In this document: positions 15,010 through 25,063 of the stretch, piece by piece
Layout: each line of letters begins with the position of its first letter
How positions within the stretch are numbered: the stretch's first letter is position 1
DNA from: Candidatus Altiarchaeota archaeon
GTDB lineage: Archaea; Altiarchaeota; Altiarchaeia; IMC4; QMZM01
NCBI GenBank assembly: GCA_034716875.1
Contig: JAYEKX010000097.1
Location: 1 to 36,187 of the forward strand
Reading direction: 5' to 3'
DNA length: 36,187 bases
Made by a program: the position numbers and the translations under genes
The notes under the pieces: model-generated
Told to the model about the DNA's origin: nothing
Database searches by the model: none
What the model saw: the letters and a program-made list of their open reading frames with translations, nothing else

Positions 15010-16344
15010 CTAACCTAATTCCTTCAAAACCTTTTCCACCTGCTCTACGGCAGATCCGATGTATGTCCTGGGGTTTAAGGCGGAATCAATCTCTTTCTCA
15101 CTGAGATACTCCCTGATCATGGAATCCTTAACTAAAACCTCCCTGAGCGGGATTTTCTTGTCGAGGGATTCCATGGCACACCGCCTCAGTAGCTCATGGG
15201 CGTCCTGCCTACCCATCCCTTCCTCAACCAACTGGATCATGACAGCCTCGGACATAATCCTTCCCTGGGATAGGCCTAGATTCCCTTCAATGTTACCGTA
15301 GTCAAAAACCAGATTCTTCATCAAACTGATACTCAGATTCAGGATATAATCCATCAATATGCAAGACTCCGGGATAATGATTCTCTCGCAGCTGGAGTTG
15401 GTTAAATCCCTCTCATGCCACAGGGGGATGTTCTCTAAGGAAGCGAACGCATTACCCTTAATCACCCTGATGAGTCCGCAGATTCTTTCGGCATAGATGG
15501 GGTTTCTCTTATGCGGCATCGTTGAGGAGCCAACCTGATTCCTTCCGAAGCCTTCAGAAACCTCACCTATCTCAGTCCTCTGCAGGTTCCTGACTTCAGT
15601 CGCGAATTTATTCAGGGATTCAGAGATTAATGCCTGATTCAGGAGGAACTCTGCATGCCTGTCCCTCTGTATAACCTGGTTGGAGACCTTCACCATACCA
15701 AGTCCGAGATCCTTCATAACCAGTTCCTGAATCCTTAAGCCGTTTCTCCCGAACGCCGCCTGGGTTCCAACCGCCCCAGTCATCTGGCCTACAAGAATCC
15801 TTCCCCTGTAGCCATTAAGTCTATCAATATGTCTCTGTATTTCACAAGCGAAGATGGCGAACTTCAACCCGTAGGTGGTGGGGATGGAGTGCTGAGCATG
15901 CGTCCTGCCAATGCATACAGTATCTATGTGACTCTTTGCCTGCTTCAATAATACTTTCTTCAGCCTCTCTAAATCATCGGAGAGTAACTCAAGAAATTCC
16001 TTAAGCTGTAGGGCAAGTGCCGTATCAGTAATATCATTGCTTGTAGCCCCCAGATGCACGTATTTCCCTGAGTCGCCGCACTGCTCAGATAAAGCCTTCA
16101 CCACCGCCATGACGTCGTGATTAATCACCGCCTCAATCTCTTTAACCCTGGAAATCTTGACATATTTTGTGTCTGCCTTCGCAGAGATTTCATCACCAGC
16201 CTTCTTTGGGATATTACCCACTGAAGCATGTGCTCTGGCAAGTGCTGCCTCCACATAAAGAATCTTTTGAAGCCTGTTTTCCTCCTCAAAAATGCTTCTC
16301 ACTTCAAGTCTACCGTATCTATCTTCTATTGGATGGATTGACAT
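15010..16344 (-). CDS. purB: adenylosuccinate lyase
   Basis: 444 aa. Fumarate-lyase signature GSSTMPHKRNP, plus TSNDITDTA and an N-terminal PIEDRYG pattern. Confidence 0.9.
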   Translation of the reverse strand: MSIHPIEDRYGRLEVRSIFEEENRLQKILYVEAALARAHASVGNIPKKAGDEISAKADTKYVKISRVKEIEAVINHDVMAVVKALSEQCGDSGKYVHLGATSNDITDTALALQLKEFLELLSDDLERLKKVLLKQAKSHIDTVCIGRTHAQHSIPTTYGLKFAIFACEIQRHIDRLNGYRGRILVGQMTGAVGTQAAFGRNGLRIQELVMKDLGLGMVKVSNQVIQRDRHAEFLLNQALISESLNKFATEVRNLQRTEIGEVSEGFGRNQVGSSTMPHKRNPIYAERICGLIRVIKGNAFASLENIPLWHERDLTNSSCERIIIPESCILMDYILNLSISLMKNLVFDYGNIEGNLGLSQGRIMSEAVMIQLVEEGMGRQDAHELLRRCAMESLDKKIPLREVLVKDSMIREYLSEKEIDSALNPRTYIGSAVEQVEKVLKELG

Positions 16345-16397
16345 TTTATGACCCTTTTTTTTTAGTTAGCTGGAATAGTAATATTAAATGGGAAACC

Positions 16398-16423
16398 TAA
16401 AAAATAAGGGTTATCGCCCTTAT
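16398..16423 (-). terminator. hairpin plus T6 tract downstream of the RIO kinase gene
   Basis: The minus strand reads ATAAGGGCGATAACCCTTAT (7-bp stem) followed by TTTTTT. It lies ~115 nt after the stop at 16537. Confidence 0.35.
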
Positions 16424-16536
16424 CAACCTCATATAAAAGTATGCGAAAAAGTGTTTTGCAGTTTTTGTAGAGTCGGACCTAGGGTTGCCCCCAGGGACCG
16501 CTCGCTCAAACCGTACGTACGGATCTCCCGTATACC

Positions 16537-17262
16537 TTATCCTGCAGTAACAAAATCCAGAACTTTTCCCTCATTTTTCTCAATCCCTAACTTTCTGAAG
16601 TAAGTCAGAATATTCCTGACGTCTCTATGTAAAAGCTCCTCCGCCAATGGATGATCCAGAAGAACACCCATAGAGAAATCAATCAGATAAGGTTGCCCCC
16701 AGTTAAGTACGTTATATTCACTTAAATCGCAGTGAACCAAATCCAGTTTATATATCTCTCTGATATAACCCAAAATTTTTTTCAGACACTCCTCCAAGTC
16801 ATCTGGAGGATGATCCTTCATCCTCGGAGCAGAAACCCCCTCTTCCCCTATAAAACTCATAACCAAAATATTTTTTTCAACCGCGATGGGTTCGGGACAC
16901 TTTATTTTCCCGTAAACCCTCGCCAGGTTCTGAAACTCTTTATGCGCCCAAATGTAGATTAACTGCCTCCTGTTCCTCCACCTAGGAAAACGATGATCAC
17001 CCCGTATGTACTTCTCCATGGTCTTAAAGTCGGAGGCCTCTATAGAATAGATCTTCACTGCAACCTCCTTATCCCCCCAGAGACCGTGATAAACACGGGA
17101 TTCCTTCCCTGTGGAAACAATACCCTTCAGCTCATCCAGACACCCCCTCCTAAACAGCTTATAGAGGGCCATCAACGTGGATTTATCAAAAACGCCTTCA
17201 GAGATCTTCCTGAGCTCATATTCACTCTGTTTTTTCTCCATCAATAATGAATTAGGAACCAA
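16537..17262 (-). CDS. rio1: RIO-type serine/threonine protein kinase (Rio1-like, no N-terminal wHTH)
   Basis: 241 aa. STGKESRVYHG glycine-loop equivalent, VAVKIY, and catalytic LVHCDLSEYNVL with IDFSMG. Confidence 0.8.
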   Translation of the reverse strand: MVPNSLLMEKKQSEYELRKISEGVFDKSTLMALYKLFRRGCLDELKGIVSTGKESRVYHGLWGDKEVAVKIYSIEASDFKTMEKYIRGDHRFPRWRNRRQLIYIWAHKEFQNLARVYGKIKCPEPIAVEKNILVMSFIGEEGVSAPRMKDHPPDDLEECLKKILGYIREIYKLDLVHCDLSEYNVLNWGQPYLIDFSMGVLLDHPLAEELLHRDVRNILTYFRKLGIEKNEGKVLDFVTAG

Positions 17263-17282
17263 GGGAATTTAACCCCCCACAT

Positions 17283-17618
17283 CTAGATCTCCTCCAAACC
17301 CTTTAAGAACCCCTTCCTCTCCAGCCAATCAGCCTGCTGGTTAGTGTACCTCCAGAGGATGTCTCCCCTCTCATTAGTCTGAACCTCCCACGGCTCAGTT
17401 AAAACTATATTACCCTCCTTAATCCATATCCTTCGACGAATCTTTCCCGGAATCCTGCAAAGTCTCGTGTGTCCATCAGTACACCTCACACTCATCCTCC
17501 TATCCCCCAGTAATTGCTCCACTTCACCGAGAACCTGTCCACTTCTGGGAAGCCTCACCCTAATGATCTGTTCCCCTCCTGGTTTTTGCTTACTTCGTTT
17601 TTTACCCCTGTAAACCAT
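17283..17618 (-). CDS. eif1a: translation initiation factor aIF-1A
   Basis: 111 aa. S1-like OB core GQVLGEVEQLLGDRRMSVRCTDGHTRLCRIPGKIRRRIWIKEGNIVL matches eIF1A/aIF1A. Confidence 0.9.
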   Translation of the reverse strand: MVYRGKKRSKQKPGGEQIIRVRLPRSGQVLGEVEQLLGDRRMSVRCTDGHTRLCRIPGKIRRRIWIKEGNIVLTEPWEVQTNERGDILWRYTNQQADWLERKGFLKGLEEI

Positions 17619-17666
17619 TTTGATTATTCAGTCACCTAATCTATTATTATATTGAAGGTAAAAAAG

Positions 17667-18038
17667 ATGGAGTTTCCTTGGGGTGCTTTACGGTTTAGGA
17701 ATGTAGATGGAATCCCTGGTTTGATTCTGGCAATAGCCCAGGATGCAGAGACGGGGGAAGTGTTAATGATCGCTTTTACCAACCAGGAGGGGATTAAGAA
17801 GTCTTTAGAGACCGGGAACGTGCATTACTACTCCACCAGCAGAAAAAAACAGTGGCTTAAGGGAGAGACCTCCGGACATTTCCAGAGGATTAAGGATATA
17901 TATGTGGACTGTGATGGAGATGCCATCCTATTCAAGGTGGAACAATTAGGTGCAGCATGCCATAAAGGTTATAGATCCTGTTTTTATAGGAAACTCAACG
18001 GTAACAAACTCGACATTACCTCCAAAAAAATCTTTTGA
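17667..18038 (+). CDS. hisI: phosphoribosyl-AMP cyclohydrolase
   Basis: Motifs YYSTSRKKQWLKGETSGHFQ and DCDGDAILFKVEQLGAACHKGYRSCF. The start was set to ATG 17667 (the track starts at TTG 17652). Confidence 0.85.
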   Translation: MEFPWGALRFRNVDGIPGLILAIAQDAETGEVLMIAFTNQEGIKKSLETGNVHYYSTSRKKQWLKGETSGHFQRIKDIYVDCDGDAILFKVEQLGAACHKGYRSCFYRKLNGNKLDITSKKIF

Positions 18039-18050
18039 GAGGAAAAGAAA

Positions 18051-19571
18051 CTAGGATTTGGGTTTTTCTTTAACACCACTAAACTCCTTCTGTATCTTCT
18101 TATGAAGCCCAAACTTTGTTATCACTGCACCGGGATTCCTATGATACTCCTGGAATATGTCAACTACCTCTTTATTCTCCCGTATACCCTCTTTCAGCAT
18201 ATGTTCCAGAACCTTTTTACGGATATAGAGTTCTGAATTCAACTGCTTCTTTGAAATGCCTGTTCTCTTTGCTATCTTTTCTTTCAATAATATAGGGTAA
18301 TTAGTTCTATTGATATTATCTGTTTTCTCATCCCAGACATATATGTCGCCTAACTGGACAACATCCTTCTCCATGCCAGCCAGCTCAGATACCTGGGTTA
18401 TTCTCCTTATAATGCCTCTTTCCTTGGAATAAAAACGATTTATTACAATAATTAAATCCAGTAATCTGAACATTCTGATTGGGAGGTTCATGGGTTCACC
18501 CATCAGCCTCAGTGTGCTGTCTCTGGCATCATTAGCATGGACGGTCCCCATAGACCCATTTAATCCGATATTCATTGCTACAAATAAGGTCTTTGCTTCA
18601 ACCCCTCTGACTTCACCTACTACAATTCGATCAGGCCTCATCCTTAATGAATTCTCCAGTAGTGCTGGCATATCCAACCTGGTAGCCTCTCTCTCCAAGA
18701 CCGAGGGATGTGCCTCTAAGGCAACCCAATTCTCCATGAATTCAAGATTTAATTCCAGCGTATCCTCGACCGTAACTATCCTCTCACTCCTTGGAATAAA
18801 CATTGCCATGGCATTAAGTAAAGTGGTTTTACCACTTCCAGAACCTCCGGAGAATAATATATCGCTTGGGTGTACCCCGAATCCCTCCACACATACCCAG
18901 AGGAATGCCGCCAACTCAGCGTTTATAGTCTTTAATTTCATCAAATCAATGATGCTATACGGAACCCTTCTGAACTTCCTAATAGTGACGGAGGGGCCAT
19001 GTGGTGCCGCTGGTGAAATCACGACGTTAGCCCTACTCCCATCAGGTAGATGTGCATCCAGTAATGGCGTATCCCTGCCAATTTTTCTTCCAGAATATCT
19101 AGAGACCCATTCTATCAATTCAGTTAAGGACTCCACAGCATTATACTCAATATTTGTAGCGCACATACCATATTTTCTATGAAATACGAATACCGGAATT
19201 TCTGTACCATTAATCATAACCTCCTCCAGTCTATCATCCCTCATCAGTTCACCTATCCTGCCGTATCCTATGAAGATATCATCCATGATCTTGGTGATGA
19301 GTCTTTCCAAATTATTTGATGCAATACCCTCACTATCCAATTGCACCTCCAGATACTGCCTCAAAAATTCCTCCTTTTCAAGGGATGTTCTGAAATCCTC
19401 TATCTTATCCATAATGTCCTTGTAATTAGGTAACACCCTCTTAGGATCCTTTAGCAATTCAATCTCTTCATCACTGAACTCCGCAGGCATTACGATATAC
19501 AGGGGGGTGGGGCTGTCTTTCGTTTCAACAATCTTGACATTTCCGTAAGCATCTATTACTTTAGGTTCCAT
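18051..19571 (-). CDS. type II/IV secretion-family ATPase (FlaI/PilB/VirB11-like)
   Basis: 506 aa. Walker A GGSGSGKTTLLNA, followed by the IVTVEDTLEL and RPDRIVVGEVRG boxes typical of this hexameric ATPase family. Confidence 0.8.
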   Translation of the reverse strand: MEPKVIDAYGNVKIVETKDSPTPLYIVMPAEFSDEEIELLKDPKRVLPNYKDIMDKIEDFRTSLEKEEFLRQYLEVQLDSEGIASNNLERLITKIMDDIFIGYGRIGELMRDDRLEEVMINGTEIPVFVFHRKYGMCATNIEYNAVESLTELIEWVSRYSGRKIGRDTPLLDAHLPDGSRANVVISPAAPHGPSVTIRKFRRVPYSIIDLMKLKTINAELAAFLWVCVEGFGVHPSDILFSGGSGSGKTTLLNAMAMFIPRSERIVTVEDTLELNLEFMENWVALEAHPSVLEREATRLDMPALLENSLRMRPDRIVVGEVRGVEAKTLFVAMNIGLNGSMGTVHANDARDSTLRLMGEPMNLPIRMFRLLDLIIVINRFYSKERGIIRRITQVSELAGMEKDVVQLGDIYVWDEKTDNINRTNYPILLKEKIAKRTGISKKQLNSELYIRKKVLEHMLKEGIRENKEVVDIFQEYHRNPGAVITKFGLHKKIQKEFSGVKEKPKS

Positions 19572-19629
19572 TTTGTAGCATAAGAAATTAGATTAAACAT
19601 GTATATAAACTTAAATTATTTTCTCCCCA

Positions 19630-20544
19630 TTATTTTCCTGATAAAAGGATTACTCTACTATCCTCCTTGAAATCTTTTATAGTGTATCCCAAGGAATTGG
19701 ATAAATCCTCTGAAAATTTCCGAACTTCTGCGAAGGATGGCATATTCTCTAGTGAAAGCCTCTTTCTGGAACCGCCAATAAACATATAAGCCTTTACCTC
19801 CACAAAATCAGGTTCCGCTCTTTTAATCAGTCTTGCATATCCCTCCTCAGAGGACATATTAAGCCCCTTCACTGCCGTGATCCTTATGACCTTTCTCGTC
19901 TCTAGGGAGGGGAGGATATCAATGGATTCATTTATTTTTTCCCAATTTTTTGGGGAGAGGGGATTACAAACCCTCTGGTAAATCTCTTTATCTGGGGCAT
20001 CCAGGGATAGGTAGAGTTGTGTGGGGAGCTCTTCAAGGTTTCTCAGTCTCTCGGGGAGGGTGCCGTTTGTCACAAGAAAGGTTGTGAATTTTCTTTTGTT
20101 GAATTCACTGATTAATTCACCTATCCGGGGGTATATGGTGGGCTCTCCGGATAGGGATATTGCTGCTTGATTAGGATTTTGGGCTTCACTGAATTTGGTT
20201 TTATTTATCCTTTCCGGGATTCCTCCATACCCTGACAGGAGTTTCCTCTGAGCCTCTATCGCTTTATCGATGATATCCTGTGGCTCATCAACTTCATCCA
20301 GCTCTGTTCCTATGGTTTGTTCTATATTCCTCCAGCAGAATATGCATTTCTGGGTGCACCAGGCAACTGCTGGAGTCATCTGCAGGCATCTGTGGCTTTT
20401 TATGCCGTAGAACTTTTGTTTATAGCAGAATCCCTTATCGAGGATGCTTTTCTTGGTCCAGTGACAGAGTTTCACCGCACTATGATTTCCCACGATCTTG
20501 TAGTGCTGTTTCTCCAGGATTTTTTTTAGTTCAGTGTTTATCAT
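19630..20544 (-). CDS. taw1: tRNA 4-demethylwyosine synthase (radical SAM, Taw1/TYW1)
   Basis: 304 aa. HSAVKLCHWTKKS...CYKQKFYGIKSHRCLQMTP...WCTQKCIFCWR cluster motifs characteristic of Taw1. Confidence 0.85.
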   Translation of the reverse strand: MINTELKKILEKQHYKIVGNHSAVKLCHWTKKSILDKGFCYKQKFYGIKSHRCLQMTPAVAWCTQKCIFCWRNIEQTIGTELDEVDEPQDIIDKAIEAQRKLLSGYGGIPERINKTKFSEAQNPNQAAISLSGEPTIYPRIGELISEFNKRKFTTFLVTNGTLPERLRNLEELPTQLYLSLDAPDKEIYQRVCNPLSPKNWEKINESIDILPSLETRKVIRITAVKGLNMSSEEGYARLIKRAEPDFVEVKAYMFIGGSRKRLSLENMPSFAEVRKFSEDLSNSLGYTIKDFKEDSRVILLSGK

Positions 20545-20726
20545 CTTTCTACCTTTTTTTTGGTTGGATTGCGTGGAATTCTCTTGGAATAAGTGGTTTG
20601 TTTTTTAAGGATATGTTTTCAATATTTATTACTTATAGCTTATGATTAGAATCAAGTTGGGGCATTACTTCGTAATACCCCTTATTCTTATATGGGTTTG
20701 AGTTTACAATACATAAAGGTGATAAA

Positions 20727-20972
20727 ATGGTTACATATATCATTGCAAGGCAGTTAGGTGGTAAACCCGTCATTACAGTGAGTGGCGAGGAGTTGGGTAG
20801 GATAGATGATATAATAATAGATGAGCAGACCGGGAAATTTATTTCTATTGTGGTGGAACCTATTTCCTCCAATATGCCGAGGGTCTCGTACCCCAAGAAC
20901 AAGGACGGTAACTTGATTATTCCTTATGACTCCGTCAACGCCATCAGCAAGGTGGTTGTGGTGAAGGATTAA
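20727..20972 (+). CDS. PRC-barrel domain protein
   Basis: 81 aa. LGGKPVITVSGEELGRIDDIIIDEQTGKFISIVV is the PRC-barrel core pattern. Confidence 0.65.
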   Translation: MVTYIIARQLGGKPVITVSGEELGRIDDIIIDEQTGKFISIVVEPISSNMPRVSYPKNKDGNLIIPYDSVNAISKVVVVKD

Positions 20973-20989
20973 CTGTTTTTTCCCCGAGA

Positions 20990-21484
20990 ATGGAGAGGAA
21001 GCATAAGATCATCCTAGGAGTTGTTGTTGTAGTGCTTATACTTATTCTTGCAATCCCTGCTATGCTAATTTTTGGCGTGGTTATGTGGCAGCTTGGTGTT
21101 TTTAATACTGAATCAAACTTTTTGATAGCAACCGGCTGGTCAAAACTTATGCCGCTATCCCCTAGTATGGTTTATAAGGCTAATGGAAACTTTGAGGCTA
21201 CGTTTATGAATGCTGTTGGCACCTCCCTAAACATAACTTCCGTATCCTTGGATGAGAAGCTTGGTGGCGTTAAATGTCTTAATGTTAAGGTAGACGGCAG
21301 TGATTTAGGCTCCACCTATGTGTTAGTGAAAGCAGGAGATATGTTTGAGGTAACTGCTGTCTGCGAAACTAAATCTGTGGGTGACCCCTTCGACCTTTCA
21401 ATAGTAATAGAATATGATCAAGTGATGGGTGGGATTAGTACCAGCCACACGGAGAAAGGTCACATAAGAGGTCCTGTGGAGTAA
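20990..21484 (+). CDS. membrane-anchored hypothetical protein (possibly pilin-like or surface protein)
   Basis: 164 aa. An N-terminal basic stretch plus a long hydrophobic helix is followed by a beta-rich extracellular-looking domain. No clear class III signal peptide motif. Confidence 0.4.
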   Translation: MERKHKIILGVVVVVLILILAIPAMLIFGVVMWQLGVFNTESNFLIATGWSKLMPLSPSMVYKANGNFEATFMNAVGTSLNITSVSLDEKLGGVKCLNVKVDGSDLGSTYVLVKAGDMFEVTAVCETKSVGDPFDLSIVIEYDQVMGGISTSHTEKGHIRGPVE

Positions 21485-21486
21485 CC

Positions 21487-22797
21487 CTATCTTAATAATC
21501 CCCCGATTCTTAAAGCAATATCCACCACTTCCCCGGCGTTCTTCCCCAGGATCCGTATCATAGCTTCCTTACCTACCGCACCCCTGTCATAGATTATATC
21601 CGGAATCCCACCTGATTTCTTTATCGCCTCCGACACACCCCACTCCATAGTCGTCGTATCCCCCGGCTGCTTCCCCCGCTCGAAACCGCCGATACTTAGA
21701 TTAAGTTTTTCACACACACTAAGGATTTCCTCGCTGAAACATATATTCAATGCCGCCCTATTTTCAGGGTCAGACTTCATAGCCGTTAAAACAACCCTTG
21801 CCATATGAGATGAACTGCCGAAATCAATATCCCCAACCGGCACTACCTTGTTTCTATCCCTAACCAACCTGCCACTAACCCCCGCAACCTCCCCAATAAC
21901 CTTAGCACCCGGCAGAGCCATCACAATATTCACCCCCACCTCAGGCATCAGCCGATAGGAGCACCTACTGGCCATGAATCTCTCAACAGCCCTCTCTATC
22001 TCCCCCACCACAGCATTCCTCTCCTTATCCACAAAAACCCTGCCCAACCTCAAACCCCCGGTATCTAAAACACTCAACCCCGAGCCGACAGAGAAGGCCC
22101 TGCCAATAACCCGATCCATAAAATCCTTGGCATTACCCACCGCCTCAACAACATCCAAATCCCTCGCCAGATAAGCGGTTACGGCAGCTGAAAAAGCACA
22201 ACCGGTTCCATGAAACACCCCCCCCAATTTCCCCCTACCTTCAAAATAATGAATTCCTCCCTCATAGTGAAGGACGTCTATCCCATTCAGATGCCCTCCA
22301 GTGACGATACAGTTTCCAATCTTTTTCGCGGATTTTTCCATATCCTCTTCCGTACGTATTTTAATCCCGGAAAGGACTTCAGCCTCATGGATATTGGGGG
22401 TAGTCAGCTTTGCTATAGAGATCAAGTTTCTCAACACGTCAACAGAATCATCCCCCAGTAGTCTATCACCTGATGAAGAAACCATCACCGGATCCACGAC
22501 CAAATCTGCATCACATCCCCTCAGTTTTTCATATATTAAACCAATAATTTCAGGATCCGCCAGCATCCCAGTCTTCACTGCATCCGGAGGGATATCCCGC
22601 ATTACCGAGTCTATTTGAGCAGAAATTAAGTCTAAGGGAAGAACCCTAGTCCCCTGAATACCTACGGTATTCTGTGCAGTAACTACCGTGATTACAGATG
22701 ATCCATACACCTTAAGTGATGAAAAGACCCTCAGATCTTGCTGGATTCCAGCACCGCCCCCGGAGTCTGAACCAGCAATAGTCAAGGCCTTTTTCAT
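21487..22797 (-). CDS. thiDN: bifunctional hydroxymethylpyrimidine/phosphomethylpyrimidine kinase ThiD fused to thiamine-phosphate synthase ThiN (ThiDN)
   Basis: 436 aa. The N-terminal [19 protein letters not shown] is the ThiD motif. The C-terminal ~170 aa ([13 protein letters not shown]...[11 protein letters not shown]) resembles the archaeal ThiN domain. Confidence 0.85.
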   Translation of the reverse strand: MKKALTIAGSDSGGGAGIQQDLRVFSSLKVYGSSVITVVTAQNTVGIQGTRVLPLDLISAQIDSVMRDIPPDAVKTGMLADPEIIGLIYEKLRGCDADLVVDPVMVSSSGDRLLGDDSVDVLRNLISIAKLTTPNIHEAEVLSGIKIRTEEDMEKSAKKIGNCIVTGGHLNGIDVLHYEGGIHYFEGRGKLGGVFHGTGCAFSAAVTAYLARDLDVVEAVGNAKDFMDRVIGRAFSVGSGLSVLDTGGLRLGRVFVDKERNAVVGEIERAVERFMASRCSYRLMPEVGVNIVMALPGAKVIGEVAGVSGRLVRDRNKVVPVGDIDFGSSSHMARVVLTAMKSDPENRAALNICFSEEILSVCEKLNLSIGGFERGKQPGDTTTMEWGVSEAIKKSGGIPDIIYDRGAVGKEAMIRILGKNAGEVVDIALRIGGLLR

Positions 22798-22822
22798 TAT
22801 TTCCGGTTACCTGCACCCCCCC

Positions 22823-23596
22823 CTAATCCTCAGTCTCCAGGATCTCCATACCAACACCCTCCGTGAAGGTTATGGGATGTATATTCTCACTGTGGGTGGT
22901 GCCCCTCATCTTCTGTATGATCAGGTTTCTCCCAGTATCCGGGCCCGAGGTTATATAGCTCAGCTTTATCACACCGTCAGAGACATAATCTTCGATATCG
23001 CTATTTCTGTTTTCCAGTATGTCAGAAACAAGTATGGAGGTAAGTTCCCTTGACTGTAACCTATAGTTCATGTAAAGGATGACGTCCCTCACATGCTCTT
23101 TGTTTCTTATTAGATTATCTAATGCCGGAAGGCTGTCTATAACCACTCTCTCCGCCCTTATCTCCTTTGCAGCATCTATAATTATGTCCACCACCTCCTT
23201 TGTTCCGAGGAGGTCCTTGGATGTCAAGGAAATGCTCTTACCGCTTTTTGATTTTGATGAAGGACCTATTATATTAAACTTGGAAAGGCTGGCATCAATT
23301 ATCACCAATTTTCCAGAATCCTCTAATTCATCTAGATTAAATCCAAATGAACGCATATCCCTCTTGACATATTTAATATTCTGCTCCAACAGTACCAAGA
23401 TACCTGGTTCATTATATTTCACAATACCGTTATATAAAAACTGGTTACAAAATATTGTTTTTCCAGTCCCACATTCACCCTTAAGCAAGATGGTTCTGCC
23501 CTTGGGGAATCCGCCACCTAAGAGGTTATCCAAGCCGGGTATTCCGGTCGGGCATCTAGCTATACCCACATCAGTTTCTTTTGGCATTTTTATCAC
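22823..23596 (-). CDS. KaiC-like / RecA-superfamily ATPase (single domain)
   Basis: 257 aa. [37 protein letters not shown] (Walker A) and VVIDSL (Walker B-like). Confidence 0.75.
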   Translation of the reverse strand: MIKMPKETDVGIARCPTGIPGLDNLLGGGFPKGRTILLKGECGTGKTIFCNQFLYNGIVKYNEPGILVLLEQNIKYVKRDMRSFGFNLDELEDSGKLVIIDASLSKFNIIGPSSKSKSGKSISLTSKDLLGTKEVVDIIIDAAKEIRAERVVIDSLPALDNLIRNKEHVRDVILYMNYRLQSRELTSILVSDILENRNSDIEDYVSDGVIKLSYITSGPDTGRNLIIQKMRGTTHSENIHPITFTEGVGMEILETED

Positions 23597-23666
23597 TATA
23601 ACCTAATTAATTAACTAATTATAAATTAGAGTTTTGATTTAAGAATAGGTTTTCTTAATTAATTAC

Positions 23667-23993
23667 ATGAACATGAAAAAAGATATACTTGGTAGGGTGA
23701 TTCCCGTTAAGATATTGGTATTAGACGTTCTTAAACCCCATAGGCCGGATATTCTGGAATTCGGGAGAATCATTTGCGCTGAAAAAAGCGTAGAGGATGC
23801 CAATATATCCGTTTATGCTGTGGATGAAAAGACCGAGTCGCTGAAGGTTGTTCTGGAGGGAAATAATATTGATTTCAGCAGGGTTAAGGAGTTGATAGAA
23901 GAGCATGGAGCGGTTGTCCATTCCATGGACAAGGTGGTTCTCGGTAAGAAGAGCATAATAGAGGTCCCAACATCTCCAGAGCCTGTTAGATAG
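23667..23993 (+). CDS. DUF211 family protein
   Basis: 108 aa. VKILVLDVLKPHRPDILEF...VDEKTESLKVVLEGNNIDF..VKELIEEHGAVVHSMDKVV matches the DUF211 pattern as I recall it. Confidence 0.7.
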   Translation: MNMKKDILGRVIPVKILVLDVLKPHRPDILEFGRIICAEKSVEDANISVYAVDEKTESLKVVLEGNNIDFSRVKELIEEHGAVVHSMDKVVLGKKSIIEVPTSPEPVR

Positions 23994-24008
23994 CATTTAA
24001 TGTAAGAG

Positions 24009-24590
24009 ATGAAATTATTAGGGTATCTCAGGGTTCTTAAGAATGAGGAAATCGCCAGAAGATATTTTGTTATGAATTCCTTCGACGGTGCGTTAACAAT
24101 TTTAGGGATTGTCATTGCCATGTATATAACCGGAAAAAGTGAATCCTCCCTGATTATTATCTCTTCCTTAGGTGCTGCTGTAGCACTTGCGGTTTCGGGT
24201 GTCTGGAGTGCCTATGCTGCCGAAAGGGCTGAGCGCCTGAAATCATTAAGGGAACTGGAAAGACATCTTTTAAGAAATTTGGATGAAACAAAGATCAAAA
24301 GAAGGATGGCTATACTAATCCTGCTTGTGGCATTGGTGAATGGATTATCCCCCTTGCTGGTTTCTCTGATAGCGATATCCCCCTTCATATTCTCTCATCT
24401 GGGGGTGATTCCTATTGAAGCCGCATTTTATTATTTCTTAACCCTGGTAGCAGTAATATTGTTCCTGTTAGGTGCTTTCGTAGCCAGAATCGGGAAGGAT
24501 GATATCGTGAAGGGCGGACTGAAGATGATTTTAGCTGGTGTTGTGGTGGGGGTTATCATCTATACCTTGGAACTTATGAAACTGGTATAA
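24009..24590 (+). CDS. VIT1/CCC1-like small membrane protein (tentative)
   Basis: 193 aa. NSFDGALTILGIVIA and YAAERAE motifs with 4-5 TM segments. It is adjacent to the DUF211 gene, a pairing I recall as common in archaea. Confidence 0.45.
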   Translation: MKLLGYLRVLKNEEIARRYFVMNSFDGALTILGIVIAMYITGKSESSLIIISSLGAAVALAVSGVWSAYAAERAERLKSLRELERHLLRNLDETKIKRRMAILILLVALVNGLSPLLVSLIAISPFIFSHLGVIPIEAAFYYFLTLVAVILFLLGAFVARIGKDDIVKGGLKMILAGVVVGVIIYTLELMKLV

Positions 24591-24623
24591 CAACTCTTTA
24601 TATATCAACTCTAATATGTTATC

Positions 24624-25058
24624 ATGGCTGGATTTGAGGTCTGGTTGGTTGTAGCAGTGATATTCTTCCTTGGTGAGATGTTTACTGCAGGGTTTTTTCT
24701 GCTGTGGTTTGGCGTAGGTGCCCTGCTTACCACCATATGTGCTTTTCTCGGTATTACAGATGAAGTCACGCAATTTATTATCTTTCTAGTTACATCCACA
24801 GTATTAGTCCTCCTCACAAGACCACTCGCCAAGAGGATAACAAAGAAGGCGCCAAGAGAGGCGGCCTTTGATGCGTTAATAGGAAAGACGGCAAGGGTCA
24901 TAGAAACCATCAACCCGGACACTAATAAAGGCAGAATTAAGGTTAGGGGGGATGAATGGAAGGCGGAAGCTGATGAAGTCATCCCTGAGGGAGAGAAGGT
25001 TGAGATAATGAGTATTGAAGGAACCCATGCGGTTGTGAAAAAAATAGGAGGTGTTTAA
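24624..25058 (+). CDS. NfeD-family membrane protein (short form with C-terminal OB domain)
   Basis: 144 aa. Two to three N-terminal TM helices, then LIGKTARVIETINPDTNKGRIKVRGDEWKAEADEVIPEGEKVEI. It lies directly upstream of an SPFH gene, the classic NfeD-stomatin operon. Confidence 0.8.
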   Translation: MAGFEVWLVVAVIFFLGEMFTAGFFLLWFGVGALLTTICAFLGITDEVTQFIIFLVTSTVLVLLTRPLAKRITKKAPREAAFDALIGKTARVIETINPDTNKGRIKVRGDEWKAEADEVIPEGEKVEIMSIEGTHAVVKKIGGV

Positions 25059-25063
25059 AAAAA

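Noticed and set aside
16345-16536. The purB/rio intergenic region (GC-rich segment GGACCTAGGGTTGCCCCCAGGGACC, palindrome CCGTACGTACGG) as a possible ncRNA.
   Set aside because: I could not fold a convincing extended structure by hand. The region is adequately explained as the rio 3' UTR/terminator plus the purB promoter. It is worth an Rfam scan only.
22823-23596. KaiC-like ATPase as part of a novel signalling or defence module with the divergent DUF211/VIT-like pair.
   Set aside because: Single-domain KaiC/RecA-like ATPases and DUF211-membrane protein pairs are common archaeal core or shell genes. The composition and neighbours (thiDN directly downstream) look ordinary.
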